DNA of 45,034 nt from a virus. The DNA lies in UHGV virus genome UHGV-0114729; one strand, written 5' to 3'. Of this stretch, positions 44,985-45,034 are shown one piece after another (positions within the stretch are counted from its first letter, which is position 1; each line of letters opens with the position of its first letter). The position numbers and the translations under genes are program-made. A model generated the notes under the pieces. It searched no databases, was not told the origin of the DNA, and saw nothing but the letters and a program-made list of their open reading frames with translations.

Positions 44985-45034
44985 TGAATGGGTACACATT
45001 TTTGTTTTTGGGTACACAAAAGTGTACACAAAGT

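Larger units (their letters stand above)
1..45034. mobile_element. Lambdoid temperate prophage, apparently complete (invertase/tail-fibre end to integrase end)
   Basis: Lambda gene order for head, tail, lysis, Q, nin, replication, immunity and recombination modules; lambda-type cos; integrase at right edge. Several proteins are near-identical to lambda Nu1, A, C, D, E as I remember them. Confidence 0.95.

Noticed and set aside
1-45034. Search for reverse transcriptase (DGR or retron), cas genes or CRISPR arrays, transposases or IS elements, restriction-modification or methyltransferase genes, and toxin cargo (stx-like)
   Set aside because: No ORF shows YxDD RT, Cas, DDE/HUH transposase, SAM-methyltransferase or AB5 toxin motifs. 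The only repeat systems found are the invertible-segment inverted repeats, ori iterons, operators and the short tandem repeats listed above.

Overview
The whole window is one lambdoid prophage of an enterobacterium, apparently complete. The minus strand carries a lambda-colinear morphogenesis block (Nu1-A-W-B-C-D-E-FI-FII-Z-U-V-G/T-H-M-L-K-I-J) with a lambda-identical 12-nt cos end. After J come two small ORFs, a Cor-type lipoprotein, a tail-fibre gene and a serine DNA invertase at the left edge. Rightwards of cos lie an S21-type pinholin, a SAR endolysin, Rz with an embedded Rz1, a QuuQ-like Q antiterminator, nin genes (RusA, YbcO-like, NinI phosphatase, NinE, NinB) and O plus a DnaC-like loader with ori iterons. 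Next is an immunity region (YdaT-like CII analogue, Cro, CI with TTTAGC-N5-GCTAAA operators), then a plus-strand early-left operon (RecE-like, RecT/Red-beta-like, Xis) and a tyrosine integrase at the right edge. No rRNA, canonical tRNA, CRISPR, reverse transcriptase or transposase was found.

The best-supported unusual structure is a Hin/Gin-type invertible segment (about 673-2143). It swaps the C-terminal half of the tail fibre, has no chaperone genes, and its two cassettes overlap tail-to-tail.

Four loci are candidates for uncharacterised accessory or defence functions. All are AT-rich or otherwise atypical morons in classic lambdoid hotspots:
- An Rx4H (HEPN-like) 213-aa gene with its own terminator, preceded by about 320 nt of untranslated leader, between Q and the holin.
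- A 295-aa orphan between Rz and cos.
- A three-gene membrane-protein island inside the nin region.
- A pL-proximal 222-aa orphan behind a roughly 400-nt GC-rich leader with an rrn-type boxA, in a phage with no recognisable N gene.

Functions of these four loci are inference only. I could not run any search.
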